From Clostridia bacterium (GTDB taxonomy: Bacteria > Bacillota > Clostridia > UBA1381 > UBA9506): 62,996 nucleotides of DNA. A program made the translations under genes and the position numbers. The stretch spans positions 1 through 62,996 of the forward strand of contig JAFWAT010000044.1 in assembly GCA_017507525.1 (NCBI GenBank). The letters run 5' to 3'. This document shows positions 45,684-55,789 of the stretch, one piece after another. How positions within the stretch are numbered: the stretch's first letter is position 1; each line of letters starts with the position of its first letter. The notes beneath the pieces are model-generated. The model searched no databases. It worked only from the letters and a program-made list of their open reading frames with translations, and was not told the DNA's origin.

Positions 45684-47501
45684 TTATTTATTTTTATTAC
45701 GATTTGCCTGTTTATCTCGTTCCATTTTTGTTAAAAGCTTTTTCCGCAGACGAATGGATTCCGGTGTAACCTCCACCAGTTCATCATCTGATATAAATTC
45801 AAGACACTGCTCTAAACTTAAATGGTCCGGCGGTGTTAAACGAAGAGCCTCATCACTGCCGGAAGCACGCATGTTGGTCACATGCTTTTTCTTGCAGACG
45901 TTAACTGTTATATCTTCTGTTTTAGCATTTTCGCCTACAATCATGCCTTCATAAACCTTAACGCCAGCACCGATAAACAGCCTGCCGCGCTCTTGTGCAT
46001 TATACAATCCGTAGGCAACGCTGTCGCCGGTTTCCCAGGCAATCATAGATCCCCTGCTGCGGCTTTCAATTTCACCGCAGAATGGAATATAACCGTCAAA
46101 AATGGTGTTCATCACACCATTGCCTCGGGTATCACTTAAAAATTCACTTCTGTAGCCGATGAGCCCTCTGGATGGAATCCGGAATTCAAGGCGCATATAG
46201 CCGTTGTCTGTCGGTTGCATATTTAGCATTTCTGCATGGCGCTTGCCTAACTTTTCAATGACAGCACCGGAATATTCCTCCGGCAGGTCAATGCACAAAA
46301 GCTCCACGGGTTCTAAAACTTTATCATCCTTTTTCTTTAAGATGACCTCAGGTCTTGAAACCTGAAATTCATACCCTTGGCGGCGCATGGTTTCAATTAA
46401 AATAGAAAGATGCAATTCTCCGCGGCCGGACACCTTAAAGCAGTCCGCGCTGTCGGTTTCTTCCACCTTTAAGCTAACGTTCGTGTCCAGTTCACGAAAG
46501 AGTCTGTCTCTAAGATGACGGCTGGTAACAAATTCACCTTCATTGCCTGCAAAGGGGCTGTTGTTAACGAGGAAATTCATTGAAATTGTCGGCTCATCTA
46601 CAGAAATAACCGGCAACGGTTCAATGCAGGCAGTATCACACAGAGTCTCACCGATACCAATTTCCCCCAAGCCGGAAATCAATACCACATCACCGGCAAT
46701 GGCTTCGGCTGCTTCAATTCGTTTCAATCCATCATGGGTGTAAAGTCTGCCGCAACGGGCATTTTGTCTGGTTCCGTCAGCGCGGCAAATTGTAACAGTC
46801 TGACCTGTTTTTAAATTACCACGGTCAATTTTGCCTACTGCAATGCGACCAACGTATTCATCATAATCAATATTTGAAATGAGCATTCTAAATGGTTGGC
46901 TGTTATCGCCCTTAGGTACCGGAACATGTCCAACAATGGTCTCAAACAAAGGCACAAGCCCCTGCTCCATCTGATCCGGCTCATAGCCACTGACACCCTC
47001 TCTTGCAGAGGTATAGATAATGGGAAAATCCGCCTGCTCATCACTGGCGCCCAAATCAATGAATAAATCAAATATCTCATCCACAACTTCAGTTGGGCGT
47101 GCCTGAGGGCGGTCAATTTTATTGATAACAACAATGGGTTTTAAACCTAAAGACAAGGCTTTTTTGAGCACAAAGCGGGTCTGCGGCATAGGTCCTTCAA
47201 AGGCATCCACCAAAAGCAAAACGCCATCAACCATGCCCAGCACACGCTCTACTTCACCGCCGAAATCAGCATGACCGGGGGTGTCAATAATATTAATTTT
47301 TATATTTTTATACATAACAGAGGTGTTTTTTGACAAGATGGTTATACCGCGTTCGCGCTCTAAGTCATTTGAATCCATCACACGCTCTGTTACCTGTTCA
47401 TTTTCTCTGTAAATACCGCTATCTTTCAGCATGACATCAACCAGGGTTGTTTTACCATGGTCAACGTGAGCAATGATAGCAATGTTTCTGATTTCTTTCA
47501 A
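45684..47501 (-). CDS. typA: Translational GTPase TypA/BipA
   Basis: 605 aa. [24 protein letters not shown] and NKID. The TTG start lies 8 nt after GGAGG. Confidence 0.97.
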   Translation of the reverse strand: MKEIRNIAIIAHVDHGKTTLVDVMLKDSGIYRENEQVTERVMDSNDLERERGITILSKNTSVMYKNIKINIIDTPGHADFGGEVERVLGMVDGVLLLVDAFEGPMPQTRFVLKKALSLGLKPIVVINKIDRPQARPTEVVDEIFDLFIDLGASDEQADFPIIYTSAREGVSGYEPDQMEQGLVPLFETIVGHVPVPKGDNSQPFRMLISNIDYDEYVGRIAVGKIDRGNLKTGQTVTICRADGTRQNARCGRLYTHDGLKRIEAAEAIAGDVVLISGLGEIGIGETLCDTACIEPLPVISVDEPTISMNFLVNNSPFAGNEGEFVTSRHLRDRLFRELDTNVSLKVEETDSADCFKVSGRGELHLSILIETMRRQGYEFQVSRPEVILKKKDDKVLEPVELLCIDLPEEYSGAVIEKLGKRHAEMLNMQPTDNGYMRLEFRIPSRGLIGYRSEFLSDTRGNGVMNTIFDGYIPFCGEIESRSRGSMIAWETGDSVAYGLYNAQERGRLFIGAGVKVYEGMIVGENAKTEDITVNVCKKKHVTNMRASGSDEALRLTPPDHLSLEQCLEFISDDELVEVTPESIRLRKKLLTKMERDKQANRNKNK

Positions 47502-47527
47502 TGTAAATGCCTCCGGAGTAAAATTCT

Positions 47528-47566
47528 AAAAAACATCTTGGGTGCGACAAGAAATGCCGCACCCAA
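47528..47566 (-). terminator. rho-independent terminator of the pyr/car operon
   Basis: On the minus strand: TTGGGTGCG-(11-nt loop)-CGCACCCAA followed by GATGTTTTTT. Confidence 0.7.
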
Positions 47567-47573
47567 AATTTCA

Positions 47574-50500
47574 TTAAACATCAATCAGATTAACCATGTT
47601 GAGATTGGTCTGATTCTCAGTTCCCTGCAAGCTTGCAAGGAATGCTTTTGCCGTATCAAGGCTGGTTAGACAAGGAACGGATAATTCTACGCTCTTACGT
47701 CTAATCTTAAATCCGTCACGGTCAGGACGGCGACCCTTGGTGGCAGTGTTAATTACCATGTTGAATCTGCCCTCCTGCAAGAGGTCTAAAATGTCCGGCT
47801 CGCCTTCGCCGATTTTATGAACCGTTGTTGCCGGCACGCCGTTTTTCATCAAGAATTTAGCAGTGCCCTCGGTAGAATAAATGTTATATCCCAGTTCATT
47901 AAAGCCTTTGGCAATATCAAGCATTTCGGGCTTATCGGTATCACGGACGGTGATTAAAATGTTGCCCTTTGTGCTCATTTTAAAGCCGGCGCCGAGTAAG
48001 CCTTTATAAAGTGCTTCAGAGAAATCTTTACTGATACCCAAAACTTCACCGGTTGATTTCATTTCGGGTCCTAAGGATGTATCAACATCATGCAGCTTTT
48101 CAAAAGAGAATACAGGCACTTTAATGGCTGTATATTCGCCCTCAGGATGCAGACCTGTGCCGCAACCCATATCCTTTAATTTTTCACCCAAAACGCAGCG
48201 TGTTGCCAAATCAACCATAGGAACATTCGTTACCTTGCTGATGTAAGGCACAGTTCTTGAAGAACGGGGGTTCACCTCAATAACATAAATCTCGCCCTCA
48301 TGCATAACGAACTGAATGTTTACAAGGCCCACAACGTGAAGTGCTTGCGCTAACGCCTTTGTATAGGTAACCAGCTTGTCTTTAATAGCCTGCGTCAAAG
48401 TGGGCGCAGGATATACAGAGATAGAGTCACCAGAGTGAACACCGGCACGCTCTAAATGTTCCATAATGCCGGGGATTAAGATATCGGTGCCATCACAGAT
48501 GGCATCTACTTCAATTTCCTTACCCATCATGTATTTATCGATTAAAATGGGATGCTCCTGCTTAACCATGGTGATGATGTCCATAAATTCTCTGACGTCA
48601 TTATCATTATAAGCAATTTCCATACCCTGACCGCCAAGCACATAGGAGGGGCGAACCAATACAGGATAGCCAAGCTCATTGGCAGCTTCCAGAGCCTCTT
48701 CATGGGTGAAAACAGTTCTGCCGGCAGGACGGTCAATTCCGCACTGTTCCAGAATTTCATCAAAACGTTCTCTGTCTTCGGCTGCATCAACATCTTCTGC
48801 CTTGGTACCAAGAATTTTAACACCCATTTCCTTTAATGCGGCTGTCAGCTTAATAGCGGTCTGTCCGCCAAATTGTACCAAAACGCCGTCAGGCTTTTCA
48901 ATCTCTAAAATGTGGCCAACATCTTCTGCTGTTAAAGGCTCAAAATAGAGCTTGTCTGCTGTATCAAAGTCAGTTGAAACCGTTTCAGGATTGTTGTTGA
49001 TGATAATGGTTTCATAGCCTGCCTCACGCAGTGCCCATACAGAATGAACAGAACAATAGTCAAATTCAATACCCTGACCGATTCTGATAGGACCGGAACC
49101 GATAACGACAACCTTCTTTTTATTAGAAGATACCGTTTCAGTATATTCATCATAGGTTGAATAATAATACGGTGTAACAGCCTCATACTCAGCCGCACAG
49201 GTATCAACCATTTTATAGGTGGGGAAAATGTCATAGAGTTCACGCATGGCACGAACTGCAATTTCAGATTTGCCGGAAAGGGACGCAATCAGCTTATCGG
49301 TAAAGCCCATGCGTTTAGCCGCTTTCAATAAATCTTTTTCAAGCTCTTCGCTCTGCAGGCGTCTTTCCATGTCTACCAGATTCTTCAGCTTGTTTAAGAA
49401 GAAGGTGTCAATGGTGGTGATCTCATGAATTTCCTGAATATCAACATCGCGGCGGAAGGCTTCGCAAATAACAAAGAAGCGTTCATCATCCACACGGGCA
49501 AGTCTCTTGATAATATCCTTTTTAGATAGTGACTTTAGCTTCTTTAAGTCAAAAGACATAACGTTTAATTCCAGACAACGAACCGCTTTCATCAAAGCAC
49601 CCTCAATGTTGTCTGAAATTGCCATTACCTCACCGGTTGCTTTCATCTGTGTGCCCAGTGTGCGTTTTGCTTTAACAAACTTATCAAAGGGCCACTTGGG
49701 GAACTTAATAACACAATAATCAACAGTAGGTTCAAAGCAAGCACAAGTTTTGCCGGTTACAGCATTTACAATTTCATCCAAACCATAGCCAATGGCAATT
49801 TTAGAGGCAACCTTTGCGATTGGGTAACCGGTTGCTTTAGATGCTAAAGCTGAAGAACGGGATACACGAGGATTAACTTCGATAACTGCATATTCAAAGC
49901 TTTCAGGATGTAGAGCAAACTGGCAGTTACAACCACCTTCAATCCCCAACGCATGGATGATGTTTAAGGATGCGTTTCTTAGCATGCTATATTCTCTTTC
50001 AGACAGTGTCTGCGCCGGCGCAATAACCACAGAGTCACCGGTATGCACGCCAACAGGGTCAAGATTTTCCATAGAACAAACGGTAATCGCATTTCCTTTA
50101 CCGTCACGGATAACCTCAAACTCAATTTCTTTCCAGCCGGAGATACATTTTTCAATCAAAACCTGATGTACACGTGAAAGACGCAGGCCGTTGGGTGCAA
50201 TTTCATTTAAATCTTCTTCCGTATATGCAATACCGCCGCCGGTACCGCCTAAGGTGTATGCAGGGCGAACAATAACCGGAAAACCAATTTCCTTTGCAAA
50301 GCTGAGTGCATCTTCGTAAGTATTTACAACCTTTGATGCAATACAAGGCTCACCAATGGATTCCATGGTGTCTTTAAACTCCTGACGGTCTTCTGCCATT
50401 TTAATAGCAGAGGTTGCTGTACCCAAAAGCTTAACGCCCATTTTATCAAGATAGCCTTCTTCAGCCAGCTCCATAGCCAGATTCAAGCCTGTCTGACCGC

Positions 50501-50771
50501 CCAATGTCGGCAGAATGCTGTCAGGCTTTTCAATTTCAATAACCTTTTTAACAGAATCTGCAACCAGCGGCTCAATATAGATTTTATCCGCCATCATTTT
50601 ATCTGTCATAATGGTTGCAGGGTTTGAGTTAATGAGTACAACCTCAATCCCCTCTTCTGCCAGTGCTCGGCAAGCCTGTGTGCCGGCATAGTCAAACTCT
50701 GCCGCCTGACCGATAACAATGGGACCGGAACCAATAACCAGAACTTTTTTTACATCTTCACGTTTAGGCAT
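47574..50771 (-). CDS. carB: Carbamoyl-phosphate synthase large subunit
   Basis: 1065 aa with duplicated ATP-grasp halves and an MGS-like C-terminus. Confidence 0.98.
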   Translation of the reverse strand: MPKREDVKKVLVIGSGPIVIGQAAEFDYAGTQACRALAEEGIEVVLINSNPATIMTDKMMADKIYIEPLVADSVKKVIEIEKPDSILPTLGGQTGLNLAMELAEEGYLDKMGVKLLGTATSAIKMAEDRQEFKDTMESIGEPCIASKVVNTYEDALSFAKEIGFPVIVRPAYTLGGTGGGIAYTEEDLNEIAPNGLRLSRVHQVLIEKCISGWKEIEFEVIRDGKGNAITVCSMENLDPVGVHTGDSVVIAPAQTLSEREYSMLRNASLNIIHALGIEGGCNCQFALHPESFEYAVIEVNPRVSRSSALASKATGYPIAKVASKIAIGYGLDEIVNAVTGKTCACFEPTVDYCVIKFPKWPFDKFVKAKRTLGTQMKATGEVMAISDNIEGALMKAVRCLELNVMSFDLKKLKSLSKKDIIKRLARVDDERFFVICEAFRRDVDIQEIHEITTIDTFFLNKLKNLVDMERRLQSEELEKDLLKAAKRMGFTDKLIASLSGKSEIAVRAMRELYDIFPTYKMVDTCAAEYEAVTPYYYSTYDEYTETVSSNKKKVVVIGSGPIRIGQGIEFDYCSVHSVWALREAGYETIIINNNPETVSTDFDTADKLYFEPLTAEDVGHILEIEKPDGVLVQFGGQTAIKLTAALKEMGVKILGTKAEDVDAAEDRERFDEILEQCGIDRPAGRTVFTHEEALEAANELGYPVLVRPSYVLGGQGMEIAYNDNDVREFMDIITMVKQEHPILIDKYMMGKEIEVDAICDGTDILIPGIMEHLERAGVHSGDSISVYPAPTLTQAIKDKLVTYTKALAQALHVVGLVNIQFVMHEGEIYVIEVNPRSSRTVPYISKVTNVPMVDLATRCVLGEKLKDMGCGTGLHPEGEYTAIKVPVFSFEKLHDVDTSLGPEMKSTGEVLGISKDFSEALYKGLLGAGFKMSTKGNILITVRDTDKPEMLDIAKGFNELGYNIYSTEGTAKFLMKNGVPATTVHKIGEGEPDILDLLQEGRFNMVINTATKGRRPDRDGFKIRRKSVELSVPCLTSLDTAKAFLASLQGTENQTNLNMVNLIDV

Positions 50772-51846
50772 TCTTTTTTCCTCCCATCATGGCAACAAAT
50801 TCTTCTAATAAATATTCCATACTCTTCGGTCCGGGCTTTGACTCAGGGTCATACTGTACTGTAATCGCCGGATACGCCTTATACCGAAGGCCTTCAACTG
50901 TCTGATCGTTTACGTTGATATGACTGATTTCAGCAACATCGCAGGGAACGCTCTCTGCAACAACTGCATAACCGTGATTCTGGCTAGTTACAAAGGTTAA
51001 ACCGGAAGAAAGGTCTTTAACCGGCTGATTCGCACCACGATGGCCAAACTTTAATTTTTCAGTTTTAGCACCCACGGAAAGCGCTGCAAGCTGATGACCA
51101 AGACCTAAGCCGAAGAACGGTTTGCCGGAAGTAAGCAAAGCTTTCACAGTCGGCAACAGTTCAGGATAGTCAGCTGGGTCTCCGGGGCCGTTTGAAACAA
51201 CAATACCATCCGGATTTTCTGAAAGTATTGCTTCGGCAGAAGTACCTGCCGGATACACCGTCACTTTCGCACCGCGTTTTGTCAAAGAATCAATGGTGGT
51301 TCTTTTTAAGCCGCAATCCAAAACTGCTACGGAATACGCACCATCACCTACGGTGTAGCTTTCTTTTGCAGTTACACCATCAACTAACGCGCCAACCTTA
51401 TATGCTTTAATTTCTGCTTCATAATCGCTGAAACAGAAACTGTCTGCTGTGATAATCATACCGTTCATAGCACCCTGCGAGCGAAGCACTCTTGTCAGCG
51501 CACGGGTATCAATGCCTGTAATGGCAATCACATTTTCGCTGTTTAAGAAGCTTTCAAGTGTTTCTTTTGAGCGGAAATTGTTAGGATAATCCGCTGCTTC
51601 TTTCATAATGATGCCCTTCACCTGTGCTCGGGATGACTGACAATCCTCACGGTTAATTCCATAGTTACCGATGATGGGATAGGTCATGGTCACAATCTGA
51701 CCGGCAAAAGAAGGATCGGTAATAGCTTCTAAATATCCAACCATACCGGTTGTGAAAACTACTTCACCAACAACTTTTCCGGCAGCACCCAGACTCACGC
51801 CCTCAAAAACCGTGCCGTCAGCCAGTGCTAAAAATGCTTTTTTCAT
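50764..51846 (-). CDS. carA: Carbamoyl-phosphate synthase small (glutaminase) subunit
   Basis: 360 aa. A GATase triad region is present (...GLGLGHQL... and ...QNHGYAV...). Confidence 0.97.
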   Translation of the reverse strand: MKKAFLALADGTVFEGVSLGAAGKVVGEVVFTTGMVGYLEAITDPSFAGQIVTMTYPIIGNYGINREDCQSSRAQVKGIIMKEAADYPNNFRSKETLESFLNSENVIAITGIDTRALTRVLRSQGAMNGMIITADSFCFSDYEAEIKAYKVGALVDGVTAKESYTVGDGAYSVAVLDCGLKRTTIDSLTKRGAKVTVYPAGTSAEAILSENPDGIVVSNGPGDPADYPELLPTVKALLTSGKPFFGLGLGHQLAALSVGAKTEKLKFGHRGANQPVKDLSSGLTFVTSQNHGYAVVAESVPCDVAEISHINVNDQTVEGLRYKAYPAITVQYDPESKPGPKSMEYLLEEFVAMMGGKKNA

Positions 51847-51875
51847 GGCTAAACTTCCTTTCTGTCTATATCGAA

Positions 51876-52793
51876 TTAAATATACTGCATAATATCATCA
51901 CGCATACGAATGGCTTCATCCTTGGCAGCCTTTGCAAAATCCTCAGGCTTGTAGTCACCTTTTTGATACGCACACATAATGCCGCGAGAGGAATTAACAA
52001 TGGCACCCAAGCCGTTTTTATCAAAGGCACCTGCAACATCCTGTGCACCGCCGCCCTGTGCGCCATAACCGGGAACCAAAATGTATGACTTCGGCATCAG
52101 ATTACGAAGTTCTGAAAGCTGCTTGGGATAGGTTGCGCCTACAACTGCACCAACAGGTGTGTAGCCGTATTTGCCTTCTAAACCATCGCCCCAACGATTC
52201 ACCATAGATGCCATTTTTTCACAAATCATTTCGCCGTCAACCAATAAATCCTGTAATTCACCAGATGAAGGGTTAGAGGTTTTAACCAAAACGAAGATGA
52301 TTTTACCAAAATCACGGCAGGCTTCTACAAAAGGCTTAATGCCGTCTGTTCCTAAATAACCGTTAACCGTCAAGCCTTCGCTTTCCAATTCGTTTAAAAC
52401 GTCAATTTCACCGGCTTTCACCTTTGCAAGGTATGCACCCGCATAGGCTTCAGCTGTTTTGCCAATGTCGTTGCGTTTGCCGTCTAAAATAACATACATG
52501 CCCTTTTCTCTGGCGTAACTAATTGTCTCAGACAGCGCCCACAGACCGGAAAGACCATACATTTCGTAATAAGCAGATTGGGGTTTAACAGCCGGAACAA
52601 TGTCACAAAGTCCATCAATTAAACCTTTGTTAAATTCAAGCAAAGCCGCGCCAACAGCTTTGTTGGTTTTACCATACTTTTCTATAGCCGCTTCCTGAAT
52701 GTGTGCCGGAACGTACTCCCAGCGAGGATCAAGACCGGCAACTGTCGGGTTCTTTTTTTTCTGAATCTTTTCAATTAAAACATCAATCGACAT
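51876..52793 (-). CDS. pyrF: Orotidine-5'-phosphate decarboxylase (long, type 2)
   Basis: 305 aa. ...VILDGKRNDIGKTAEAYA... matches the type 2 OMPDC pattern. Confidence 0.93.
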   Translation of the reverse strand: MSIDVLIEKIQKKKNPTVAGLDPRWEYVPAHIQEAAIEKYGKTNKAVGAALLEFNKGLIDGLCDIVPAVKPQSAYYEMYGLSGLWALSETISYAREKGMYVILDGKRNDIGKTAEAYAGAYLAKVKAGEIDVLNELESEGLTVNGYLGTDGIKPFVEACRDFGKIIFVLVKTSNPSSGELQDLLVDGEMICEKMASMVNRWGDGLEGKYGYTPVGAVVGATYPKQLSELRNLMPKSYILVPGYGAQGGGAQDVAGAFDKNGLGAIVNSSRGIMCAYQKGDYKPEDFAKAAKDEAIRMRDDIMQYI

Positions 52794-52807
52794 AAGGCAC
52801 TCTCCTT

Positions 52808-54082
52808 TTATCTTTCATAAACAACTTTGCCGCCAACAATTGTGCACTCTACTCTGCCATAAACCTCCCAGCCGTGATAAGGGGTGTTTTTGGATTTGGA
52901 AGCAAATGTCTCTTTATCAACTGTGTAAGCTTCATCATCAGAAAAGATGACAATATCTGCATCTGCTTTTTCTTCGAGTTTACCTTTATTTAAGCTTAGA
53001 ATGTCTGCAGGATTGCAGGTCATTTTCGCTAAGAGTTCAGATAAGGTTAAATACTTTTTGCGAACCAGATGGGTTATGCCCAAACAAAGCGCTGTTTCAA
53101 GACCCACAATGCCGTTTGCCGCCACAGCAAACTCAACCTCTTTTTCGTCTCTGTGATGAGGCGCATGGTCGGTTGCAATGGCATCCAGCGTTCCGTCGCA
53201 AAGACCTTCAATGACTGCGTCTACGTCTTTTTGGGTTCTCAAGGGGGGGTTCATTTTAGCGTTTGTATCAAAACCCTCAACGGCTTCATCTGTTAATGTA
53301 AAATAATGGGGGCAGGTTTCAGCGGTCACGCGAATACCCTGTTTTTTAGCCTGACGAATAATTTCAACGCCGCCGGCTGTGCTGACATGAGCAATGTGAA
53401 GCCGCTTGCCGGTTTCCTTTGCTAAAATCACATCTCTTGCAATCTGCACTTCTTCTGCTGCGTTGGGAATGCCCTTTAAGCCCAAGCGGGTGGAAACAAA
53501 GCCTTCGTTCATGGAGCCGCCGGCCACCAGGTTCAGGTCTTCACAATGAGAAATAACCAGCATGCCAAACATATCAGCATATTCCATGGCATGACGCATT
53601 AAAACCGGATTTGAAACCGGACGGCCATCGTCAGAAACAGCAACGGCACCGGCTTCCTTCATATCCCCGATTTCAGCAAGCTGTTCACCCTTTTGACCCT
53701 TGCTCACCGCACCAATGGGATACACATTGACACAGCCTTCTTTAGCTGCTTTATTTTTTACAAACTCAACGAGCGGTGCGTTATCTAAAACCGGCGAAGT
53801 ATTAGGCATGCAGGCAACGGAAGTAAAACCGCCTTGTGCCGCTGCCCGAGTACCGCTTTTAATATCCTCTTTATATTCCTGACCGGGTTCACGAAGATGG
53901 GTGTGCATATCAATCAAACCCGGAGCAACGATTTTACCTGTAGCGTCAATCGCCTTATCGGCTTGTTCAGTGATATCCGCACCAATTTTCTCTACAATCC
54001 CGTCAATAATATATACATCACAAACTGAATCAAAACCGGTTGCAGGATTCATCACCCTGCCGCCCTTAATTAAAATCTTCAT
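52808..54082 (-). CDS. pyrC: Dihydroorotase
   Basis: I moved the start to MKILIKGGRV (54082), which follows AAAGGAG. DMHTHLREPG and ...ATDHAPH... Confidence 0.96.
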   Translation of the reverse strand: MKILIKGGRVMNPATGFDSVCDVYIIDGIVEKIGADITEQADKAIDATGKIVAPGLIDMHTHLREPGQEYKEDIKSGTRAAAQGGFTSVACMPNTSPVLDNAPLVEFVKNKAAKEGCVNVYPIGAVSKGQKGEQLAEIGDMKEAGAVAVSDDGRPVSNPVLMRHAMEYADMFGMLVISHCEDLNLVAGGSMNEGFVSTRLGLKGIPNAAEEVQIARDVILAKETGKRLHIAHVSTAGGVEIIRQAKKQGIRVTAETCPHYFTLTDEAVEGFDTNAKMNPPLRTQKDVDAVIEGLCDGTLDAIATDHAPHHRDEKEVEFAVAANGIVGLETALCLGITHLVRKKYLTLSELLAKMTCNPADILSLNKGKLEEKADADIVIFSDDEAYTVDKETFASKSKNTPYHGWEVYGRVECTIVGGKVVYER

Positions 54083-54086
54083 ATCA

Positions 54087-55007
54087 TTAGCTCCTTTTTG
54101 CAAGAATATTCAGAACCGCCATGCGAACAGCAACACCGTTTGTTACCTGTTCGTCAATCACAGCACGGTCTAAGTCCATAACCTCTGTGCAAAGCTCAAT
54201 GCCACGATTCACCGGGCCGGGGTGCATAATGAGTGCATCTTCTTTAGCAAGCTTTAGCCGCTCAGAATTCAGGCCAAAGAACTTTGAATATTCTCTCATG
54301 CTGGGAAGTAATCCGCTTTGCTGACGCTCTTTTTGTAAGCGCAGACACATAACAACGTCAGCATCTTTAATGGCTGTTTCAATATTTTCATAAGCCTTAA
54401 TGCCCAGCTCCGTAATGTCGCGGGGCATCAACGTTGCCGGGGCGCCCAGAACAACCTCAGCCCCCAGCTTATTCAAAGCATAAATATTGGAACGCGCCAC
54501 ACGGCTGTGTGCAATATCACCAATAATAGCTACCTTTAAGTCCTCAATTTTGCCTTTTTTTTCTTTCATAGTCAAAAGGTCCAAAAGTGCCTGTGTGGGA
54601 TGCTCGTTCATCCCATCGCCTGCGTTGACAACCGCAGCATTCGTATGCTGTGCAATCAAATGGGGTGCTCCGGACATCTGGTGACGGATGACAATCACAT
54701 CTGTGCCCATAACATCCAGTGTTCTTGCTGTATCAATCAGGCTTTCGCCTTTTTGCACACTGGAGCCGGATGCCGTCATATTCGCAGCGTTGGCACTCAT
54801 ATATTTAGATGCCAGTTCAAAGGACATGCGCGTACGGGTGCTGTTTTCATAAAATAACGTCACCACAGTTTTGCCCTGCAGATGCGGCGTTTTTTTCGAA
54901 TTTTGCATTAAAATCTGCTTCATAATTTCTGCCTGATACAGAATGTAGCGAATTTCTTCAGCAGACAGCTCTTTCATTCCCAGTAAATCCTTGCTTGAAA
55001 GTTTCAT
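54087..55007 (-). CDS. pyrB: Aspartate carbamoyltransferase catalytic subunit
   Basis: 306 aa. ENSTRTR and HPTQ motifs are present. Confidence 0.97.
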   Translation of the reverse strand: MKLSSKDLLGMKELSAEEIRYILYQAEIMKQILMQNSKKTPHLQGKTVVTLFYENSTRTRMSFELASKYMSANAANMTASGSSVQKGESLIDTARTLDVMGTDVIVIRHQMSGAPHLIAQHTNAAVVNAGDGMNEHPTQALLDLLTMKEKKGKIEDLKVAIIGDIAHSRVARSNIYALNKLGAEVVLGAPATLMPRDITELGIKAYENIETAIKDADVVMCLRLQKERQQSGLLPSMREYSKFFGLNSERLKLAKEDALIMHPGPVNRGIELCTEVMDLDRAVIDEQVTNGVAVRMAVLNILAKRS

Positions 55008-55023
55008 CTTATCCTCCCTTTGC

Positions 55024-55578
55024 TTATGCCGTAGGCTCCTGGCACTTTTCTAATGACACTTCATTACATCCATCTAAATCAGTAAAGCATACATGAACTA
55101 ATTCGTTTCTGGATGTGGGTATGTTTTTGCCCACATAATCTGCACGAATCGGCAACTCTCTGTGACCTCTGTCCACCATAACAGCAAGTTCAATTTTCTG
55201 TGCACGGCCAAGCTCCATAATGGCTTCAATGGCAGCCCGCACGGTACGACCGGTAAAGAGCACATCATCAACCAAAACAATCTTTTTATCAAAAATCGAA
55301 AAGTCAATGCTGGTACCGTTAATCACCGGCATATCAGCACGCAAGCTTAAATCGTCACGATAAAAACCGATATCTAATATACCCATGGGAATTTCCTGAC
55401 CTTCAAGCTCTTGTAATTTCTTTTGCAAAAGCTTTGCCATTAAAACTCCGCGACGCTGGATTCCTATTAATGTTAAGTTCTCCACACCCTTATTTTTTTC
55501 AATAATTTCAAAGGCGATTCGAGTGATTGCCCGCTGCATAGCAGCCTCATCCATGATAACAGAGCGATTTTGTTCCAT
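55024..55578 (-). CDS. pyrR: Bifunctional pyr mRNA-binding attenuation protein / uracil phosphoribosyltransferase PyrR
   Basis: ATG 55578 lies 8 nt after [23 protein letters not shown] is the PRPP motif. Confidence 0.96.
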   Translation of the reverse strand: MEQNRSVIMDEAAMQRAITRIAFEIIEKNKGVENLTLIGIQRRGVLMAKLLQKKLQELEGQEIPMGILDIGFYRDDLSLRADMPVINGTSIDFSIFDKKIVLVDDVLFTGRTVRAAIEAIMELGRAQKIELAVMVDRGHRELPIRADYVGKNIPTSRNELVHVCFTDLDGCNEVSLEKCQEPTA

Positions 55579-55611
55579 CAAACTGACCTCCCGTTATAAT
55601 TTTAAAAGTAC

Positions 55612-55713
55612 AAAAAAAGCTCCTATTGCAAGACGCAATAAGAGCATACAGGTAAACTTCACCCAGTATCTGACGTAAGCACCTTATCAGCATCTCTGTA
55701 CCGATTTAAAGGT
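55612..55713 (-). promoter_or_regulatory. PyrR-binding loop plus intrinsic terminator (pyr attenuator)
   Basis: On the minus strand, ACCUUUAAAUCGGUACAGAGAUGCUGAUAAGGU (55681-55713) resembles the PyrR binding-loop consensus (UUUAA...CAGAGAGGCU...AAGG). Downstream, GCTCTTATTGC-(loop)-GCAATAGGAGC plus TTTTTTT sits at 55612-55645. Confidence 0.65.
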
Positions 55714-55742
55714 TATAATTCATATTCTTTTCAACGAATAAT

Positions 55743-55771
55743 ATTTTAACACAAAAAAATGCGTATGTCTA
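55743..55771 (-). promoter_or_regulatory. Candidate extended -10 promoter of the pyr operon
   Basis: On the minus strand: TAGACA, a 17-nt spacer ending in TGT, then TAAAAT. Confidence 0.45.
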
Positions 55772-55789
55772 CAATTTTTTTAAATATTT

